Source: an uncultured Lentisphaeria bacterium (lineage in GTDB: Bacteria; Verrucomicrobiota; Lentisphaeria; JABSQK01; JAJFLO01). Taken from it: a DNA stretch of 64,000 bases. Below, in pieces: positions 60,740 to 64,000 of this stretch. Made by a program: the position numbers and the translations under genes. The DNA lies in NCBI GenBank assembly GCA_951812855.1, contig OX638337.1, positions 1,042,486-1,106,485 of the forward strand, given 5' to 3'. Positions within the stretch are counted from its first letter, which is position 1. Each line of letters begins with the position of its first letter. Below the pieces are notes generated by a model. That model saw nothing but the letters and a program-made list of their open reading frames with translations, was not told the DNA's origin and ran no database searches.

Positions 60740-61486
60740 TTAAGTCAACTCCAGAGTGATAACTTTAGTCAGCATAGTTTTTTTCAAACTGCCGGGAAAC
60801 GGCGGGAATTTTTTTATCGACCTTAGCAATTTGATCACTGAGTTATCCATCGCCGGAATTTTACTTGGAGTAATTATTTTTTTATCTCTAATTGTTCCAT
60901 CCCTGGAAATCTGAAATTCAACTTTTACTTCTAAATGTTTATTCCCAATCTCTGATCTGCCCGGCTGATCCCATAATTGATACAAATGATCGATGACAAG
61001 CTGGAAATATTCAGGTTCAATTTCACCCCTGTTGTGTTGAATATTTTGGTGGTTAATTTCATTAAAATTCTCCTTCAATTCATTTCTAATTTTAGAAATG
61101 TCTATTTTATTTCTGACAGTTGTTTTTTTCGGTTCATTTTGCTTTTTGTTACGTGGATTATTTTTAATGAAACCAGTATTTCGTATTGTTTCCGGGGATC
61201 GGTAACTGTGATTCTGTTTTGGAGATTTTTTGGCGGCAGGCCGGGATGCCGGAACAACCGTTGTATGATCATCCTTTTCAGGCTTTTGATTAGGAAGCGG
61301 AACCAATTTTACCCGGGTGATATTTTCTTCTTTAAGCTCAGTGCATGAGTTTAATTTAAATAGGCTAAAAATTGATATGATAATTGCAACATGAACAAAT
61401 AATACTTTGATGAATAAATATAGTTTCATTCCCTGATGATACGTTTTTATTTTGCTGAGATAAATATTTAACTTGTGTGCAGGCAA
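60740..61486 (-). CDS. TonB-family protein (second copy; Lys/Pro-rich spacer + TonB_C)
   Basis: 248 aa. Has an N-terminal TM, a basic/Pro-containing spacer, and a C-terminal TonB_C-like region (…HLEVKVEFQISRDGTIRDKKIITPS…). Lies downstream of exbD2. Confidence 0.55.
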   Translation of the reverse strand: MPAHKLNIYLSKIKTYHQGMKLYLFIKVLFVHVAIIISIFSLFKLNSCTELKEENITRVKLVPLPNQKPEKDDHTTVVPASRPAAKKSPKQNHSYRSPETIRNTGFIKNNPRNKKQNEPKKTTVRNKIDISKIRNELKENFNEINHQNIQHNRGEIEPEYFQLVIDHLYQLWDQPGRSEIGNKHLEVKVEFQISRDGTIRDKKIITPSKIPAMDNSVIKLLRSIKKFPPFPGSLKKTMLTKVITLELT

Positions 61487-61513
61487 ATAATATGATGATA
61501 ATACAAAATCAAA

Positions 61514-61924
61514 CTAATTATCTTCAGATTCGGTTACCAGTGAAACATCAATAATACCAACTTGTCTAATCATTTTCATTAAGTTAATAACATCGCCATA
61601 AGGACGGGTTTTGTCAGCTCGGACAAATATTTGAATCGAATCATTATTGCGATAGTTTTTACTTAAAACATCTTTGAGTTCCTTCTCAGAAACGGAATCT
61701 CCATCAATATATATCGTTCCGTTTTTATCCAAATTAACAATCAGGTGATCAATTGGGTTAATTGCTTCTGCATTAAAGTCAGGAGGCTGAATATTTATCG
61801 AATATTCCAGTGCGGGAGCCGTAATCATAAAAACAATTAGCAAGAGAAATGTCAAATCAACTAATGGGGTTACGTCTGGATTTGAAAATGAATTAAGATT
61901 AGAGTTTGATCGATACCGTCTCAT
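61514..61924 (-). CDS. exbD: ExbD/TolR (second copy)
   Basis: 136 aa with a TM (VTPLVDLTFLLLIVFMITAP) and a periplasmic domain. Confidence 0.75.
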   Translation of the reverse strand: MRRYRSNSNLNSFSNPDVTPLVDLTFLLLIVFMITAPALEYSINIQPPDFNAEAINPIDHLIVNLDKNGTIYIDGDSVSEKELKDVLSKNYRNNDSIQIFVRADKTRPYGDVINLMKMIRQVGIIDVSLVTESEDN

Positions 61925-61942
61925 GTAAGAGTAGATTAATAG

Positions 61943-62662
61943 TTAAACCTTTTTATGATTTACTTTTAACAAATTAACCACATCTTCAGTAAAATTTTCT
62001 AATTTCCGTGATAAAACTTTAATTGTATAGTTAAGTTGATTGTATCCAACAAGTGAAGGAATGGCAACTAATAACGCAACGACGGTCGTTAAAAGGGCAC
62101 CACTTACTCCAGGAGCAATTGCGTTTATATCAGCCTTACCCACAACTGCCATTCCTGTAAATGCCATCATTACACCCCAGACAGTGCCGAGCAGTCCAAT
62201 AAAAGGACTCGCACTTACAATTGAACCGAGCAGACCCAGGTTTTCTTCCATTTTATGAATTTCTACGTCAACAGCTTCCAGCATTGATGATTGGATTAAC
62301 TCAATTTCATCGTTAGAAAAGGTATATGTAAATCCATCTCCGGAAATGTTTGTCAGCATGGAATCAAGATCATGTCGCTGAGTCAATGCAATTGCATTGA
62401 AACCGCTGAGCGTAATTTGCTTCATTGGACCCTTAATTTTTTCAAAATTCTTAAACAAGTCCTGGGGTATTCCGAATTTTTCTATTTTATTCCAAAACCC
62501 ATTATAATCAGAATTGATTGTTTTTAAGTAATACCATTTCTCAATAATGATGGTCCAGGCTAAAACAGAAATCGCAATCAAAAGCAAAACGATTACTCGC
62601 CCTAATAAATCGCTTTGTTGAAAAGCATAAAATGGTGAAATTGCTGATATTAGAATATACAT
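61943..62662 (-). CDS. exbB: ExbB/TolQ/MotA (second copy)
   Basis: 239 aa with three TM helices and a conserved C-terminal pair (…ASPFIGLLGTVWGVMMAF…GALLTTVVALLVAIP). Confidence 0.8.
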   Translation of the reverse strand: MYILISAISPFYAFQQSDLLGRVIVLLLIAISVLAWTIIIEKWYYLKTINSDYNGFWNKIEKFGIPQDLFKNFEKIKGPMKQITLSGFNAIALTQRHDLDSMLTNISGDGFTYTFSNDEIELIQSSMLEAVDVEIHKMEENLGLLGSIVSASPFIGLLGTVWGVMMAFTGMAVVGKADINAIAPGVSGALLTTVVALLVAIPSLVGYNQLNYTIKVLSRKLENFTEDVVNLLKVNHKKV

Positions 62663-63096
62663 TTTACAGTAAAGATGAAAAATAAAATATGATATGGTTT
62701 ATTTTCGTGAACTACAGAAAACTATTAGTATTTAAGGTTATTTCAAAAGAAATCTCCATTTTGTAGATTAAATTATTATTTTCCATATGAGTTTGAAAAA
62801 AAAATCTTAATTAACTATATCGTCACAGTTCAGCGTTTTTTTATTACTGTTTCACTGGCTGAATTATCATATTTGATTTGAAAATAAGGTTAAATCAAAT
62901 CATGAGTGAAAACAGCAATCCCCAAAATTAAACCACTGGAAGCGGTATATCAGTTGATAAAAATACCAGTAATTTAGAAGTTACAGGTACTGTGACTTTA
63001 TCATCACGTCAAAGTGCAGGAAGGCCAGGTGGAGGTCAACCGCCACCTCCAGATAAAACCGATCCGCCACCACCATCGGCCAACCAGGTTTAAGGG

Positions 63097-63381
63097 ATGA
63101 TCTATTCCGTGGCCACGGAAAATGATGTTGGATTCCCAAAGTGTCAGGAGCGATTTGAAATATTACCTGAGTTCTATGAGCAAGTTGCAGAATGCCCGGA
63201 ATGCAGTGTTGAATTTGTAATTAAACCACCAGGTACACCATCATACCAGGCAGCGGTGCCAGCGAAAGCAGTTCGAGCTTCGGATTCCAGTAAAAAGAAA
63301 CTGAATCCAATGGTTATTAGGCCGGCAGCAGCTATTGTTCTTCTGCTTGTTATACTTATTATTGTTATCGCATTGAAATAA
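63097..63381 (+). CDS. Small zinc-ribbon protein with C-terminal TM anchor
   Basis: 94 aa with an N-terminal KCQERF…CPECSVEF ribbon-like motif and a C-terminal TM (AAAIVLLLVILIIVIAL). It is divergent from the exbB2-exbD2-tonB2 operon. Confidence 0.4.
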   Translation: MIYSVATENDVGFPKCQERFEILPEFYEQVAECPECSVEFVIKPPGTPSYQAAVPAKAVRASDSSKKKLNPMVIRPAAAIVLLLVILIIVIALK

Positions 63382-63757
63382 TACTTTTTGGGGTCAGAAG
63401 GAAAATTTAAAACTTAAATTCTCTTCTGGTATCATTTATAGTGATGATGATCTTGTCTGTTGGATTGCAGGCTGGAGCACGGTATAAATTTTTGTATTAT
63501 TTTGTCTTTAATCAATTGATTAATATTATCGATACGAATTTAAATTCCTTTCCACTTAATTTTGTATTTCATATCAAGGTTTCTTCAGTGTATTAAATTC
63601 AATCTCAAAGTTTCATTCTCAGTAAAAATCCAATTTAAATGCTTGTAACCATACGAAAATGTTCTAAGTTGGCGGAGTATTTTTAAATAACACTGAATCT
63701 TACCTGGATTCTACATGAAATCCCGAAGAGTTATAACATTGTATGAGCTCGAAGAGA

Positions 63758-64000
63758 ATGTATAAACATCATTTTTTATTTCGTCTAATCCTTCCATACA
63801 TTTTTATATTCCCTGTATTGATTTTGTCATTATCTAATTTAAATGCTGCACTTCCTGACAGCCTGGAAGTAAGCGCCGATGAACTGTCATTCTCACAAGA
63901 TGATAATATTTTCATTGGCAGGGGCAATGTCCGAATTGTTCATGAAGACATCATTATCTTAACAGAAGAAATTCAGATAAATACAACAACCCTGGATGTT
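63758..64000 (+). CDS. OstA/LptA/LptD-like N-terminal domain protein, 3' partial (runs off the window)
   Basis: A signal peptide is followed by …LEVSADELSFSQDDNIFIGRGNVRIVHEDIIILTEEIQIN, which is typical of the OstA-like beta-jellyroll. Confidence 0.4.
   Translation, partial: MYKHHFLFRLILPYIFIFPVLILSLSNLNAALPDSLEVSADELSFSQDDNIFIGRGNVRIVHEDIIILTEEIQINTTTLDV

Noticed and set aside
1-64000. Genome-wide TGA recoding (genetic code 4 or 25), suggested by the TGA-interrupted Rhs fragment.
   Set aside because: Long genes such as carA terminate at TGA. Standard-code six-frame translation yields full-length conserved proteins (EF-G 695 aa, GspD 920 aa). TGA is therefore a stop in this genome.
1-64000. 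CRISPR arrays and tRNA or rRNA genes.
   Set aside because: I scanned the intergenic regions of at least 150 bp for regularly spaced direct repeats and for tRNA hallmarks (GTTCGAATC T-loop, acceptor/CCA context). None were found.

Overview
The window is AT-rich (about 36-38% GC by eye) and comes from a diderm bacterium; the taxon is not resolved. Diderm markers are an LPS heptosyltransferase, an OstA/LptD-like N-terminus at the 3' edge, TonB/ExbBD modules, outer-membrane proteins and a type II secretion system (T2SS). Content is a mix of housekeeping genes (carA, serA, fusA, guaA, argG, gcvH, birA, dus, yggS, a PurH-like AICAR formyltransferase, an Lrp-regulated aminotransferase) and envelope or accessory functions. 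The most coherent system is a complete-looking T2SS split into two loci about 22 kb apart: gspF-G-H-I-J-K at 3.4-8.5 kb and gspL/M/C-like-gspD-gspE at 30.4-37.9 kb. It has three unusual features. The secretin is lipidated with a roughly 300-aa N-terminal coiled-coil and low-complexity extension. Four of the five (pseudo)pilins lack the canonical Gly at position -1 of the prepilin cleavage site. An unknown cytoplasmic ORF is translationally coupled upstream of gspF. Other notable content is two paralogous ExbB-ExbD-TonB modules, each next to a small zinc-ribbon membrane protein. There is also an 827-aa secreted protein with two SH3b domains and a cadherin-like repeat array, and tandem DUF21-CBS (CNNM/CorC) transporter paralogs. 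The density of disrupted genes is high: an Rhs/YD fragment interrupted only by TGA codons, a K+ channel with a 32-bp tandem duplication plus other lesions, a 5'-decayed tag, a frameshifted wza/wzc exopolysaccharide export locus, two IS256-family transposase remnants, and an unknown frameshifted gene next to gcvH. Several of the frameshifts sit at homopolymer runs, so real pseudogenisation or phase variation cannot be separated from homopolymer indel errors in the assembly without read-level data. A 280-bp GC-rich block (52.4-52.7 kb) beside an IS256 remnant is compositionally foreign and unexplained. No rRNA, tRNA or CRISPR array was seen.
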